DNA of 64,000 bases from Octopus bimaculoides (GCF_001194135.2 NC_068990.1:8249833-8313832); one strand, 5' to 3'. Counted from the stretch's first letter, positions 25,951 to 40,901 are shown. The notes: generated by a model not told the origin, from the letters alone. Numbers and translations: made by a program.

Positions 25951-26596
25951 ATATCACCCACATCATTAGCAGCTATCACAAAATGTAGATACTAACAGCA
26001 TGATATAGCTACAAAGAATATTTACAATGCTATTCTCATGAAGCACGGTTCTAAGATATCAATCAAAAGCATGTCAAAACCAGCAAGTATTCACACTTTT
26101 AAAAACAACGAATACTGGTGGAACACCACATTAAAAACACCAATTCGGTGCAAACCTTACAGACGTGATATTGTTATGTCGACGGAGAAAGAAAGTTATC
26201 AACTGTTGCAGAAGTCAACTGCCCAACAGATGTGACTGTAAGGAAAAAGAGAACATTTATGGCGAATTATTGCCGAACATACTGTATTTCTACCTAACAT
26301 CATAAGAGCATTAGTGTATGTACAAACATAAACCTTTAAAGACTCAGAATTTCCAAGTACAATATATTAGTGGCACAGTGAAGAATTTTAACACATTCCA
26401 AAAATTCTCCATTTGAGATTCGTAAGTAAATAGATGCACATACCTGGTTGTATTATCGACAGTTCAACAAACACACTAACTCCACCACATATTTACTAAC
26501 ACTGGGAACTCAACTAACTTAAAATGTCTTGTAGCTTTGTTAGTGACCGGCTTGAATTGTCTGACGGAAAACTTATATACAGCTCGACGCAAAAGA
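25951..26596 (+). mobile_element. RLE non-LTR retrotransposon 3' fragment bounded by (CATA)n (sister family of 26659-27956)
   Basis: ITHIISS...HDIATKNIYNAI, NNEYWWNTTLKT..CK..R.DIV and EVNCP..V...KENIYGELL: CCHC knuckle plus RLE domain. 3' UTR differs from the next copy. (CATA)n at 25895-25950 and 26597-26657. Confidence 0.8.
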
Positions 26597-26658
26597 TACA
26601 TACATACATACATACATACATACATACATACATAATACATGCATACATACAAACATGT

Positions 26659-27956
26659 ATTGATGTGAAAACCCGGAAAATACTAACAAGCACACACAAC
26701 TTCTACATAAACAGGGACGTAGACAGCCCTTACCTACAATGGAAAAAAGGCGACAGAGGCTTAACGTCAATCCAAAATGTCTTTTAATGTCAAATTATAA
26801 CCCTTCGGCAACATATTTGAAGCACCAAGTGTTGAAGTGCATCCTTTAATCAAGTTTACATACATGAGGCTGATAACATCATAAAACTTGGAAGACAGCT
26901 CTTTGTCTGAAACCTTAAATATATTCCCAAAGAAGTCGCATGCTTTACTACAACGTATCATCAGATGAAAGGATGAGCGTATATGAGCAGAAGACTATGC
27001 ATGGGTATGTTAGTGGAAAGATCAGAGATGATAGTAACATTAATCATCAAAGCAATCCAGGAATAGGACATATCAACGAAATACCTCATGCACAAAAGGG
27101 ATTAAGGAGCAGGAAAAACAGTAAAATGTGACAAGCGACACAGACTTTGTGGATATCACCTACATCATAAGCAGTTGTCCGAAAATGACATCACGGTATT
27201 ATCTACCGATGAAACACGATGTTGTAGCGAGGACTCACTATAATGAAATCCATTCCCGAGGACGAAGAAATTAGAATCAACAGTATGGTAGAAGTCATAG
27301 CCGCTCATAATAATGAGGAGTACTGGTGGAATGTCCCAATGAATACTTCAATAATATGTAAGCGCAACATGCATGATACAATGTTTTGGATAGAGAAGAG
27401 AAATTGTGTATAGTTGTGGAAATTAGCTGCCCAGCAGTTGTTAACATAAAGAATACAAAGAGAATACTTACGCTGAACTATTGAGACGTCTGGGGTAACT
27501 CTATCCAGATTACAAGTTCAGGTTTATACCTGCAATTGTTGTGGCCTAGGGATATGTAACACATTGCCTAAATATTAAATCATGAGAAGTTAAGCTTCTA
27601 AAAACCAGTAAGGAAAAAGCTAATTCGAAGACTACAGATCCAATCCATCACTGGAACTGTAAAAATCTGTAAAACTTTACATCATTTAAATATTTATGAG
27701 CGTGTCTAATTATGCAACTATACGCATGAAAATATATACGTAAAATAAAACATATAAATCTGTACATATACATATATACGTACATACATACTTACATGCA
27801 TGCACACATACATACATACATACATATATATATATACATACAAACAAAAATACTCTTGTTGATGTAGCAATTCCAATGAAGGAGCCTTGGATCTAGGTTA
27901 GAAACCGGCTCTTTCTCTATTGTCAAGAAATCTTGAAATGAAACTGAATAATGATA
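26659..27956 (+). mobile_element. RLE non-LTR retrotransposon, 5'-truncated, bounded by (CATA)n
   Basis: IDVKTRKILTSTHNFYINRDVDSPYLQWKKGDRGLTSIQ (post-RT), HIISSCPKMTSRYYLPMKHDVVA, EYWWNVP, VEISCPA, and KLIRRLQIQSITGTVKICKT (C-terminus). 3' UTR ends GAAACTGAATAATGATA, followed by TACATACATAC. Confidence 0.88.
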
Positions 27957-28679
27957 TACATACATACACACATACATATATGCATATAATAAATTTATAG
28001 TGTAATTTATGGATTCATATAAATGTGTAGGTATCACAGAAAGATCCTGCCGTGGACTTACTTAGGAGACAACAGAGTAATCCAAAGCAGAGCGGTATGA
28101 TGGGGAGTAGCTACAATCCAGTAGATCCGATCGATGAAGGTGTTTCAGGAAAAGTACATAAACTATATATAAACCATAAAAAGCTAGGAGGTACGAGAGA
28201 TAAATATATTTATTTAACTACGCCTCATTCTTAGGATTACAGTCGTTTCACAGCCCCTTCATTATTAATAGTAATTTCAGTACATGGTAAATTATGTTTA
28301 GACATTTGCAGTTATAGGCATGATACGCATTCTTCAATATGCTTGTATATTTAGAAATGAATGTAGATCCAAAAAAGCTCGCTATATCTGCGTTGATACA
28401 CTTAAACATACATACAAACATACACTCATGCACTCATGCACTCATAGAAACAGACAACCACACAGATACAGACAGACACACACGCACACATACACACACA
28501 CACACACACACACTGATATATGCATCATTGTATGTAGGTATGTACGTGTGCATATACCTATATACATGCATATATATTCATATTTATCTATCTATGTATC
28601 TAGCTACACGCACACTCATACACATACACATATATATATATATATGTAGCTAGCTGCACACACACACACACACATATAT

Positions 28680-28775
28680 ACTTTTATTCTTTTACTAGTT
28701 TCACTCCTTTAACTACGACCATGCTGGAGCACTGCCTCTTACTCGAAGAAATTGACTCGAAGAAATTATATATAT
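28680..28775 (-). mobile_element. Fragment of the SINE family seen at 40902-41351, cut by a gap
   Basis: TTTTACTAGTTTCA...ACGACCATGCTGGAGCACTGCC matches TTTTACTTTG...GCGGCCATGCTGGGGCACCGCC at ~40910-40960. Confidence 0.6.
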
Positions 28776-29774
28776 ATATATATATANNNNNNNNNNNNNN
28801 NNNNNNNNNNNNNNNNNNNNNNNNNNNNNNNNNNNNNNNNNNNNNNNNNNNNNNNNNNNNNNNNNNNNNNNNNNNNNNNNNNNNNNNNNNNNNNNNNNNN
28901 NNNNNNNNNNNNNNNNNNNNNNNNNNNNNNNNNNNNNNNNNNNNNNNNNNNNNNNNNNNNNNNNNNNNNNNNNNNNNNNNNNNNNNNNNNNNNNNNNNNN
29001 NNNNNNNNNNNNNNNNNNNNNNNNNNNNNNNNNNNNNNNNNNNNNNNNNNNNNNNNNNNNNNNNNNNNNNNNNNNNNNNNNNNNNNNNNNNNNNNNNNNN
29101 NNNNNNNNNNNNNNNNNNNNNNNNNNNNNNNNNNNNNNNNNNNNNNNNNNNNNNNNNNNNNNNNNNNNNNNNNNNNNNNNNNNNNNNNNNNNNNNNNNNN
29201 NNNNNNNNNNNNNNNNNNNNNNNNNNNNNNNNNNNNNNNNNNNNNNNNNNNNNNNNNNNNNNNNNNNNNNNNNNNNNNNNNNNNNNNNNNNNNNNNNNNN
29301 NNNNNNNNNNNNNNNNNNNNNNNNNNNNNNNNNNNNNNNNNNNNNNNNNNNNNNNNNNNNNNNNNNNNNNNNNNNNNNNNNNNNNNNNNNNNNNNNNNNN
29401 NNNNNNNNNNNNNNNNNNNNNNNNNNNNNNNNNNNNNNNNNNNNNNNNNNNNNNNNNNNNNNNNNNNNNNNNNNNNNNNNNNNNNNNNNNNNNNNNNNNN
29501 NNNNNNNNNNNNNNNNNNNNNNNNNNNNNNNNNNNNNNNNNNNNNNNNNNNNNNNNNNNNNNNNNNNNNNNNNNNNNNNNNNNNNNNNNNNNNNNNNNNN
29601 NNNNNNNNNNNNNNNNNNNNNNNNNNNNNNNNNNNNNNNNNNNNNNNNNNNNNNNNNNNNNNNNNNNNNNNNNNNNNNNNNNNNNNNNNNNNNNNNNNNN
29701 NNNNNNNNNNNNNNNNNNNNNNNNNNNNNNNNNNNNNNNNNNNNNNNTATATATGTGTGTATATAAATATATAT

Positions 29775-29807
<33 letters not shown>

Positions 29808-30703
29808 CACCTATATATGCATCCACACACAAACATACACACGCATATATTTAAACATGTTAATAATTAAATTCATATTTATATGCATATATATATGTGC
29901 ATGTGTGCGTATGTGTTCTTGTGTGTGCCTGTGCCTGTGCGTGTGTATGTGTGTGAGTGTGCGTGCGTGAGTGAGCGTGCGTGCTTGCATCTGTGTGTAA
30001 ACATAGAGACAATACATTCGTCTGTGAGAGTTCCAAGTTCCTTCCCGATGCAATCATCTACTCCCCCTCCTCACGGCATGTTTAAATTACTCGCATCGTA
30101 TTTATGATATATTTTAATGAGAGCGAGAGTGTGTGGGTGAGGGAGAGAGGGAGACACTGAGAGAGTCAGAGAATGAGAAGGAAATAAAGAGAGAGAGAAT
30201 ATCAGACACTTGTCCACTCGAGAATGATATCATCACATACTGTCTAATCGTTTAATCTCCATGATATACTTGGAAATTTGAAAAATCGGCCACACACAGT
30301 TTCTACAGGATATCAAATAACAGCAGAAACGTCATCCAACGCATTCTTTCCATTGTTGTTTTAGATTTCTACAAGCAAACAATTTCGATTCTATTAAGCA
30401 GTCTACTGTCAATCAGTTGAAAGTTTTTTTTTGGTTTTTATTTTCCGACTGTGCTCCAATGAGAATGCATTAGCATTGTTTTGTAATAAATTTTACCTGT
30501 CGTCTTGGTAAACATTTCTCTATACAATGTAACATAACATAAACATTGCTGTTCTTCTCTGACTGAAGCAAAAAAATAGTATATTTTCCTTCAATGGCGT
30601 AGCGGGAAGTCATAAAATAAACATCTGAAAATCTGGTATGAATGCACACACACAAACACTCACAACTAACACCATTTATATGTATATATATATATACATA
30701 CTT

Positions 30704-30780
<77 letters not shown>

Positions 30781-30784
<4 letters not shown>

Positions 30785-30797
30785 TAGATAGATAGAC

Positions 30798-30850
<53 letters not shown>

Positions 30851-30870
30851 TATAGATAGATAGATAGATA
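30781..30870. repeat. (GATA)n microsatellite following (CA)n(TA)n
   Basis: Direct inspection. Confidence 0.95.
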
Positions 30871-30955
30871 AATTCAGATGAATATGGTACTTAAGTTGAG
30901 GCACCAGAATTTAGTACGATATTATCTCTACAATTTCAAGATAAGGTGATTAAAA

Positions 30956-31326
30956 TCAAAATAAGCAACAAGGATATCCAGAGGTAATGCAGTACAATCG
31001 TTTCAAGGAACTCCATATGATTGAACAATGCAATCATTACATCAATTTAAATGCAGAGCAATCCTCAGCTGCATAAAGTCATAGAATTTAATTAAATTTA
31101 AACAGATGGATGCATTAGTATAATTTTACCTAAAATCTCCAAAAAGGTAAGGATATAGATAGAGAACATGCTGTCTTCACTTCAGCTTAATTAAATTCTA
31201 TGTCTTTATGCAGCTGAGGATTTCCCTGCATTTAAATTGATGTAATGATTGCATTGTTCAATTAAATGGTGTTGCTTGAAACGACCATACTGCATTACCT
31301 TTGGATATCCTTGTTGCTTATTTCGA
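30956..31326. mobile_element. MITE/foldback-like element with ~140-bp inverted arms
   Basis: 30956-31095 (TCAAAATAAGCAACAAGGATATCCAGAGG...ATAGAATTTAATTAA) is the reverse complement of 31187-31326 (TTAATTAAATTCTAT...GGATATCCTTGTTGCTTATTTCGA), ~90% by eye. 91-bp spacer; no TSD found. Confidence 0.85.
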
Positions 31327-33801
31327 TATACATATATGTGAGTGAGCGTGTGTGTGTCTGTTTGTGTACATATCAAGCCAATAACATTTGTTTTCTGCTA
31401 CAGATGGTATGATTACCTGCTTGGGGAATGCTTCCCTTCAAACCATCAACTTTAACTTACTCAAACACACATTCTTCCCCGATTTAAGTTAAGTCCATTT
31501 TCCGTTTATCCTACTTCTTTCAATGAGGCAAACGTTATTCATCATTGTTCGTTTTATGTGAAAAATCGTTATCTATATATCAGGAATGCTTGAGAAGATA
31601 GAATATGCAGGAGGATTCTTATACATCGAAATATTCATAATTGATTCTTATTTGCAAACAATGATAACATTGTCTCTTGAGCATTAATTTTGAGACTTTT
31701 AATAGTAATCCCTTATTCTTTCGTAAGGCTAACAATTGCTGTTAGGGATTTTTGTTTTCCTCATCAATTAATTAACGATAATGTCCTTCTTTTGCTCTAT
31801 GTCGCTTTCACTTCACACCAGACAATTCTATTGACTCAATTGATAGGAGCCATTTTCTTATTTGCCATCATATCTTATTCACACCAGAACGGAAAGTATT
31901 TACCGTTAAATCTATAACAATTTTAGTGCATTAGCCATTTTACAATCAGTTGTAATTGTGAAAGTTTATAGACAAACAGAACACTACCTTCAAGAAATTA
32001 GCTTTCATTTCATTAAATATATTTTATTTTATTCCATGATATCTGTAAAACACAATTGTATATAGCATTAATTGCTACGAATTTTATGCACCAAATGTCT
32101 TTGCTAGCCTACTCAAAATATAAGCAAATTAAACCTCAAAGTTTGTTAAGTCATCATCTTATCAAAACAACTGTGTTTAGTCCACCTCAGCTCCCAGCAT
32201 TAAAGCAAGCAAACGCAGAAGAGAAATGTATATATATATATAACTGATGATTTCATTCAAATTCCTTTTTTATGTGTATATTTAGATTGGTAGAGGCCTC
32301 ACAACCAAGCTTACATAGCAGTTCATTGTTGATCCTATACATCATTGGGGAAAATAATGTAAGTTAGGTTTCTTTTATCAGTGCAGTTATAAAGAGTGTT
32401 TCAAATACTTATATAGCCATAATCAATGAAGTTCACTGAGAATTTATGTAATGTACAGATAGCCTCGACAAGGAAAGTGTTAAATTTGTTTCACAGACGT
32501 AATTGAGCAAAACATGATCATCAAAACCTATTAATGGCATCACATTTCTGTAAGTATCCATGAAGTAATCTCTATGGAAAATATGCACTGCTCGTGAAAA
32601 CTAATTCAATGTGACACTTGTACAATTGTTGCCGTTTAGCGACTGGCAGTCTTTAGTAACTGATTAGTGTTACTAACTTAGAAGGTAGAAGAATATACAC
32701 ACACATACTCACACGCAAGATTTGTGGACGTGTGTGTTTGTACGAGAAACCAGCGTTTACAATTCGGAATTATTTTACATACTTTAACGGCGGCTATTAT
32801 CTTATTTTCATTATATATTCCGACTACAAATATAAGCGAACATACACCCTATTTGACTCATTGCCAAAATCAATATAATTATAAGACTGTTCTCATTACA
32901 AGAAGTGATCGATATTGCCGTTAAAATTGCCTGAATACTGCGGAAAACCATCAGGGACAGTATTTTCAAACTGATGAAGATACAACTGCATTCTACAATT
33001 TGCGAATCGTCTAAAATATTCTTTAACATATTATATAAGAATTGCCACTTTACTTTTGTATTCTGTATGCATGCATATCTTGCCCTATTTAACATGTATC
33101 ACTCAGTATGCTTTTCTTTTTTTGCCTTTCTATTTATTTTGTTTTATATCTGTTCTAACTCATCTATTTATCTTTCTCTTTATATATCTGTCGCAATGAA
33201 GAACAAATGATTTGCCAATACCGAATTGCAAGATATCAAGATTAGCCACTCAAGACTAATTTTCTGCATAACTTTGATCCAAATCAAGAAGAATAATGGC
33301 TTTGTGCATCAAACAATCTGCAAAAAATAAAAAAAAAAACGCTTCGTAGCCGCAGATTTACTAAAATATGAAACTATCATCCATTCTAGTTCATAACAAT
33401 CAGATTTCTTCAAGCTATACAACAAAATTTCTACTTTATTTACCAACTTTGCATGCACCGCATCTCCGCACATGCTAATTAACCATTCTTCATAATCGCC
33501 TCAGGAGTGCCATTTCGTGGAAATATATGTCAAGTGCAAAAATCCAAATTTACTGGAGGTGACAATATTCCTTGAATTACCGCGAGGAATTCCTGCTTTC
33601 CAGTGAAAGCCTTTAAGCTCTGCGTGCTTTGAATCTCATTCTCTCTCTCTCTATCTCTCTCTCCCTCTCTCCCTCTCTCTGTCTCTCCCTCCCTCTCTCT
33701 CTCTCTCTCCCTCTTCCCCCCTCTCTCTCTCTCCCTCTGTATACATATATATATAAATATATATATATATACATAGAGAGAGAGAGAGAGAGAAAGAAAG
33801 A

Positions 33802-33873
<72 letters not shown>

Positions 33874-33934
33874 CACTTATATACTTTTATATACATACAT
33901 ATATACACACACATACACACACATACACACACAT

Positions 33935-33977
<43 letters not shown>

Positions 33978-35072
33978 TACGCTTGCTAAATATCAGTAAT
34001 ATGATTAAAAAGATACCTACACTCATATTTTGTGTTACATTTTCCTTTTTTGCATCGCCATATATTTACATATTCAGGTTCCTAAGTACACGCCACTGTA
34101 GATCCCATTCGTAAATACTGCGACACAAATGCTGCCAAACTGACGCACTTGTAACCTCTGAGAAGTATTGTACACACTTGTACACAAAATGTTTCTCCAT
34201 CATCACGAATCTCTCTCTCCCTTCTTAGTGCCCTACCCTCCAATTCTATTTCGAAGAAAACTAGATCTGCTAACAATTGGAACTACTGTATCACTGACCA
34301 GTGGACACTCAGGCTCGGAAAAATATTGACGCACGAACCTCTAAGTAAAATACTTATCTCAACATTGTTTGCATAACTCTAGTAACTTAGATCACATTAT
34401 ATGCTGAAAAACATGTATCTAAATAACAAGCTGTCAGCTTCATCCCATGCGTCTATAATGTATGCTTCAATACCCTATTGTCTTTCTATGCAAACAAACT
34501 ACACTCATTATTCCTTCCAAATCTTTGGTACGAAGAATCGCCTATATGCGAATGAGCAATTTCACGCTATATCCGGACAGATGCGTTAAGCCTAGAAACG
34601 TTTACTGCGGATCTTATTTCCATTAACAATGAAAATGACATTGGAAGTATGAAGAAAATATAATAGAATCTCTCTTAACATTTACAACATAAAACTTGAA
34701 TCGTCACAATCGTTTTAAAAGCAAGATTGCAATCATCACTGAAGAAATTTTCAGGCAAACGCACATGCTCTACGTTGCCTAGTCTGGGTTACAAAGTCTA
34801 CCAGAAGAGCATTGTAGCCAGACAATGAAGGACGATATGTTTTACAGTAAAATAGAACTTCTTTTATCATAGTTTTGAAAAAAATAAAAGAAGTATAAAA
34901 AAACTGCATTGGGTATGGGATGACCCATTATNNNNNNNNNNNNNNNNNNNNNNNNNNNNNNNNNNNNNNNNNNNNNNNNNNNNNNNNNNNNNNNNNNNNN
35001 NNNNNNNNNNNNNNNNNNNNNNNNNNNNNNNNNNNNNNNNNNNNNNNNNNNNNNNNNNNNNNNNNNNNNNTG

Positions 35073-35129
<57 letters not shown>

Positions 35130-38100
35130 GTGTCTGTGTGTGTGTGTGTTTGTCTGTCTGTGGAAACCTTTAAGGACAGGTAACATGTTTTGCTATCTGC
35201 CCAATATTCTGTTTTGTGGAATACACAAACAACATCTGCTACATTCAATGTAGTGTATGATAGAAAGGCTCATGTCCAATATTCGCGCTTCGTTCTATGC
35301 TGTCCATCCCGAAAATGTGGATGCATCTGTTTACGTCCTTTTAAGGCAAGGCAACAGTATTATAGACTCTTGTAGATTAACGTAGTATAAATTTTCCTTT
35401 GTTCCTATACATATTTATGAAAAAAACACTTTAATCTTATATTTAAAGGGGAAAGGTGAAAGAAACATTTCGAGTGGTTAATAATTCTATTACAAATTCT
35501 TGCAACCTAGTTCATTGATTTATATATGCTGCAGGCAGTGCCAGATGTACTTAGAGATAGCGTTTAACTTTCTGTACAACAATGTCTATGGAGATCTGCA
35601 GTTGAAAACTGTCTATTAAATGAAATGTAAGGATTTATATCCAGCCTGCTTAATGATACGGAATTTTAAAAAGAAATGGATTATTTATGTTATAATCCCA
35701 TTCCACATCACAGGAGGATTATCTTGCATGAGGTATGCAATATTTTACAAATATACTTCTAAAGAATCGATGTTTGTTTCCAAATTCTTTTAATATTAAA
35801 TTTTCAAACACATAAATAGTAATTAGCTCTGTAGGTTTCAAGACATATTATAGGAGAAGCGGTGGCCTAAATGAATTAATGCTAAACCACAAGCTAAAAT
35901 GTCAGTTCATATCACAATACCTGCTTTAACTTTACGCATTTGTATCACAAATTTCTCCTTATAGTTAAACCATACGACTTTATAACGATTGAGAGTTTTA
36001 TAAGCTTTCATGGAGAGGACAAATCAGAATTACAAGGAATGTGTACCATACTTCCATATTTAGAATTAGTGTTACGGAACTTCATTAGAATGAACATTTT
36101 CTGTATATTTTTCCTTTCCATGTGTTACATCAGGTGTCGTTGTACCAGAAAATCATGTTGTCGGGATACAAAGCACAAGTTAATCACATGTTGGGGTGGG
36201 GCGCTTTTGATTTCTTTCACTCATGCTAGGTTTGATAGTGCAAATTAAACTCGGACTTAATTTCTTGATCTTTGATTAATTTTGATTGAAGAAAGTTCAA
36301 ACTGAGGAAAAAGACAAATCAGGATATTTTGACATACGTCACAATTAATTGTTTTAAACATTTTTCTTGGTTATCTAATTTTTTTCGTATATATCTACAC
36401 GCATTATGTGCTTAATTAAAGGCTCTCCAAGTGTGCTAAAATTTCGTTTTTAGCAATAAATCAGAGAGAAGTGCACTTACCAATTCTACTCACATTTTAC
36501 GGCAATCTTTCATGTTTCAATTAATTTATTTTAAATTCATTAATAAGAAAATCTCTTACTCACTTTTCAAACACCTGGACGTGTATATTTGATGGTTAAC
36601 GTCAAGACTTAATCAATTTGGCACATTCGCATTTCAATTTAAATTCTTTTGACACTTCAGTATTACACGATCAATTTCATGTAATTTTCTTCTTTATTTA
36701 ACATGGAAAAGAAATACACTACTAATTTTTCCAAAATATAATTAAGGATAGTGTTTATTAATATGAGCCATGCTAAAATTTTTAAATGGTATTTTCCTTG
36801 TTTTCAACGCACAGTATGTAGCAAAAGTAATTTATAAGATTGACAAACGAGAGAAATAGAGAAGGGTTGAAGATTAGCAGAAACAAACGGAATATTATCA
36901 GAATGGTTAAAATTATGAAATATCAACTAAATCTACCGCCAATGCTCAAAACACACTAAGGCATTTATATCGTATCCCACATTGTCCAGTCGAATCCTAC
37001 CGATTCAGATACTCCATTCGATCTACTACCAAAATGCCAGTCAATTAATCTCTGTTTCAATATTGGATAACTATGAGACTGTGACATATCTGACCGTATC
37101 CGTTATTAATCATTTCGTGTTGAAATTTGGACTTTAATTATACGTAACAGTAGACTTTAAAATTTAGAAATATATCAGACACTAACTGAAATAAAGTTCA
37201 CTTCCTGTTAAGAAAATATTGCATTCGAAACGGTAATGAATACCTCATCGTAAACTAACTAGAAAAGAAACATTCAGCATTTTAGTTTCATATATGGCAA
37301 AATAATATTATTTCCTTGGGTGATTCATTTCTTTGTATTGTTTGCGTTGAAAAATAGGAGGAAGTACCTGCCTTTGTTCAGGATTGAGATCTATCAAATG
37401 GATTTTGTTTTTATCCAGGAAATGAGTGACCTGAAAGTCATCAAGTTATCAGAATTACATTGACAGAAGACAACCAAGCGCACAAGGAATTATAAACGAT
37501 GACATTTTTTGAGATGAAATGAATCTGTTAGGTTTACGTGGATAGTCTCTGTAAGCCTTAATCCAGAAAGTATATAGTTGGTCAGTGGCAAGTGTCCAGT
37601 GTAGTCATCGGCACTATGACATGTGTGGTGCCGATAAAATTGGTGATGATCAGATCCAATGTTCTGATATACAATTCATCTCCATAAATAAAACATCAAT
37701 GTTTTATAGTACTGATAGGACAGTGAAGCAGAATGAATATGAAGAAATTTCATTTGTACTTTATATCGGTTACTGCCGTTCAGAACTGTTTGAACAATCC
37801 AATGGTAAAAAGTTGTTTCAAAGTTTTTAGCACAGTGAAATTTATCTACTGCTTCATCTAGAACGTATAAATGCTCCCGCAATAACCTGTATGATATGCT
37901 TTTAAGTTTTCAAGATGGTCACTGCAGAGATTGAACACATGAATTAAATAGAAATGCAACAACTAATGTTCCTCCATACTTGTAGTGTCGCGCAATTATT
38001 TAGGTTATTATCAGTTCAAAATTCCAATGCACCTACAGCCATATTTATATTAATACGCATCAAATATTTGACTCACTGATCGGAAAATAGATTCATTAGT

Positions 38101-39617
38101 GTAATGTGTCATCTGTTTATATAATCATATAAGAGAATAACATAATAGAAAGGACGCCAAAGTTTGTGAGATAGCTACTCACTCCGGAGCGGATGGTGTC
38201 TTCCAGTTCGACAAAAGAAACCTGTCTTTATGCTTGCATTTACAAAAAATTTCGAATCTGAGATGAAATTGCATGATGGAATTCTTGGGCCTAAAAAAAT
38301 ATGCGATCTTTCACCTACGTATAGCTTGCATCTCTTTTATCCATCTGCATATGGCGTAGATTTCTCCACGCTTCTCAACTTGATTTTATGTAGTATGTAT
38401 CTGGTCTTCAGATGTCATACATCACCTCTTTTCTGTTATATTACTCTGCACCAGCAACATTAGTTATAGTTTCCACAGTAAAAGAGGACGAAGATCTTGA
38501 TTTTTGTTACCTCACTTCTCTTCTTCTCTTCTTCTCTTCTTTTGTATCAGCCTTATGAACTGAGTCAGAAAGATTGCTTGGTGATACATCGAATGTTATT
38601 TAAATCTGACTAATTAATGTAGCTTTGGGCATGAGTCTATTAGTAGTTCCTTTATAATTATGTATATAATTATGTATATACGTACATACATACATACATA
38701 CATACATACATTATTCTACAATTTCTTCAGTGATATGCACGAAGTTACCAGTTCATCCAATAAGTAGAACAACCTAAACTCATTAAAGTCAGTAGATGTG
38801 AATACGAACGAAGGTAAATACGAACGATTAGTGTTTCCATGCAGTCGTTTCTTAACCTTTAATATGTACTATGCAAAATTATACATGTTTCTTTACATTC
38901 GTATGTTTGATTCGCAAACATAGAAATTCCCGAATTGATGAAAATAGAGAAAGCTAACCCAGCAAAATATTCACCAGAATATTATGGGTACATCTACGAT
39001 TCACATGTGAATCGTTCTATAATAAATTTTGACAAACACTTCATAGTTATAAGTTAATGCGAGTGTGAGACAATGAATATGTGTGTGAGTACTTACACAC
39101 ACAGACTATATATATATATACACACACTTACATATATATGTATGCGTGTGTGTGTGTGTGTGTGTAGGACTAAATATATGTGCGTCTATATACATGTATA
39201 TCTATATTTAAGTACTTATATGCGCATGTTTCTGTCCGTTTGTGCGCGCGTTTTGTCCATAACATGTACTTATGTGCAAAACTGTGGGGNNNNNNNNNNN
39301 NNNNNNNNNNNNNNNNNNNNNNNNNNNNNNNNNNNNNNNNNNNNNNNNNNNNNNNNNNNNNNNNNNNNNNNNNNNNNNNNNNNNNNNNNNNNNNNNNNNN
39401 NNNNNNNNNNNNNNNNNNNNNNNNNNNNNNNNNNNNNNNNNNNNNNNNNNNNNNNNNNNNNNNNNNNNNNNNNNNNNNNNNNNNNNNNNNNNNNNNNNNN
39501 NNNNNNNNNNNNNNNNNNNNNNNNNNNNNNNNNNNNNNNNNNNNNNNNNNNNNNTATATATATACAGTCATATTTGATAATACGTGGTAAGGAAATCATT
39601 GAACACACACTCTAACT

Positions 39618-39642
39618 TCTACTATTATTATTACTACTACTG

Positions 39643-39692
<50 letters not shown>

Positions 39693-39696
39693 ACTA
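39618..39696. repeat. (CTA)n/(CTG)n microsatellite
   Basis: Direct inspection. Confidence 0.95.
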
Positions 39697-40381
39697 GTCC
39701 GGTTCTTGTGAATATTCATGGTGTTTACTAGAAAGACAACGTTAGCTAAACATAAGAACCATGCTGAGTATAACTATACTTTAGTAGGTCAACTCATGTT
39801 ACCGCCAGGCACAACCGATTTGTGTAAGATATGTTACAATGCCAAAATGTTACATATACCACTGATACGTAAAATTGAACAAAACAGTCATTTATGAAGC
39901 AAGAAACGAAACCTAATTGAATAACTGGAGCTGTTCGGTATTCTACTATATTATCGTTGGATCAATATCCTCTAAGATCATCTAATACTGCTCCAAATAT
40001 ATATATCTTCTTGTATTGGTTTTAAAACAGAGAAATGCGTTTCAAACTGAAATTTAAATGCTTCATTTAATGTAATGTAGCTTCAGTTGAAAATAACAAA
40101 TACACTCGCCAGTGCCAAGAGACAATATGGAGGGGATATCCAATTTGTAACAGAAATTGATTGTTCAAGAAAATGTTTATCCACATTTATATTATATTAT
40201 ATAAATCGTATAGTTACATGAAATATAGAATAGAGTAGAGAAACACTATCTCATGTTTATTAAAGAATAGAATGAGGACTTCGTCTAAGGAGAAAGGAAT
40301 ATGTTTTCAATAAAGAACTAGCTTATTACATTGTTAAAAATCTTCTTGCAACATAAATTAGAACAGCTACGTGCTATAATT

Positions 40382-40503
<122 letters not shown>

Positions 40504-40672
40504 ATATATGTATATATAACAGAGATGTGGATTCAAAAAATCATACAGAGCTCAAGGTGTGCTGTCTGTCGGGTGTCCAGATATTCAAAATAAACGGTGT
40601 ATGAGATAGGAGGGAAAGAGAGAGAGAGACAGAGAGAGAGATACACAGAGAGAGAGATACACAGAGAGAGAG

Positions 40673-40708
<36 letters not shown>

Positions 40709-40901
40709 ATATACGTATACATCCATTATATATGTATATGTGCTTGTGTCTATGTACATGTATACAGATATGCACATAAACAATCGCACATTTATGTTCA
40801 GAGAGACCAAAATCCACGGTGACCTAGATACAAAATAATATATATTATAACAGAGCAAATTACTTTAAGTCCCTCTCATTTTACTGTTCGTCAGAAACTA
40901 A

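Noticed and set aside
37607-37635. 10-bp hairpin ATCGGCACTA/TGGTGCCGAT
   Set aside because: Too short for a pre-miRNA, no U-tract or other context; plausible by chance.
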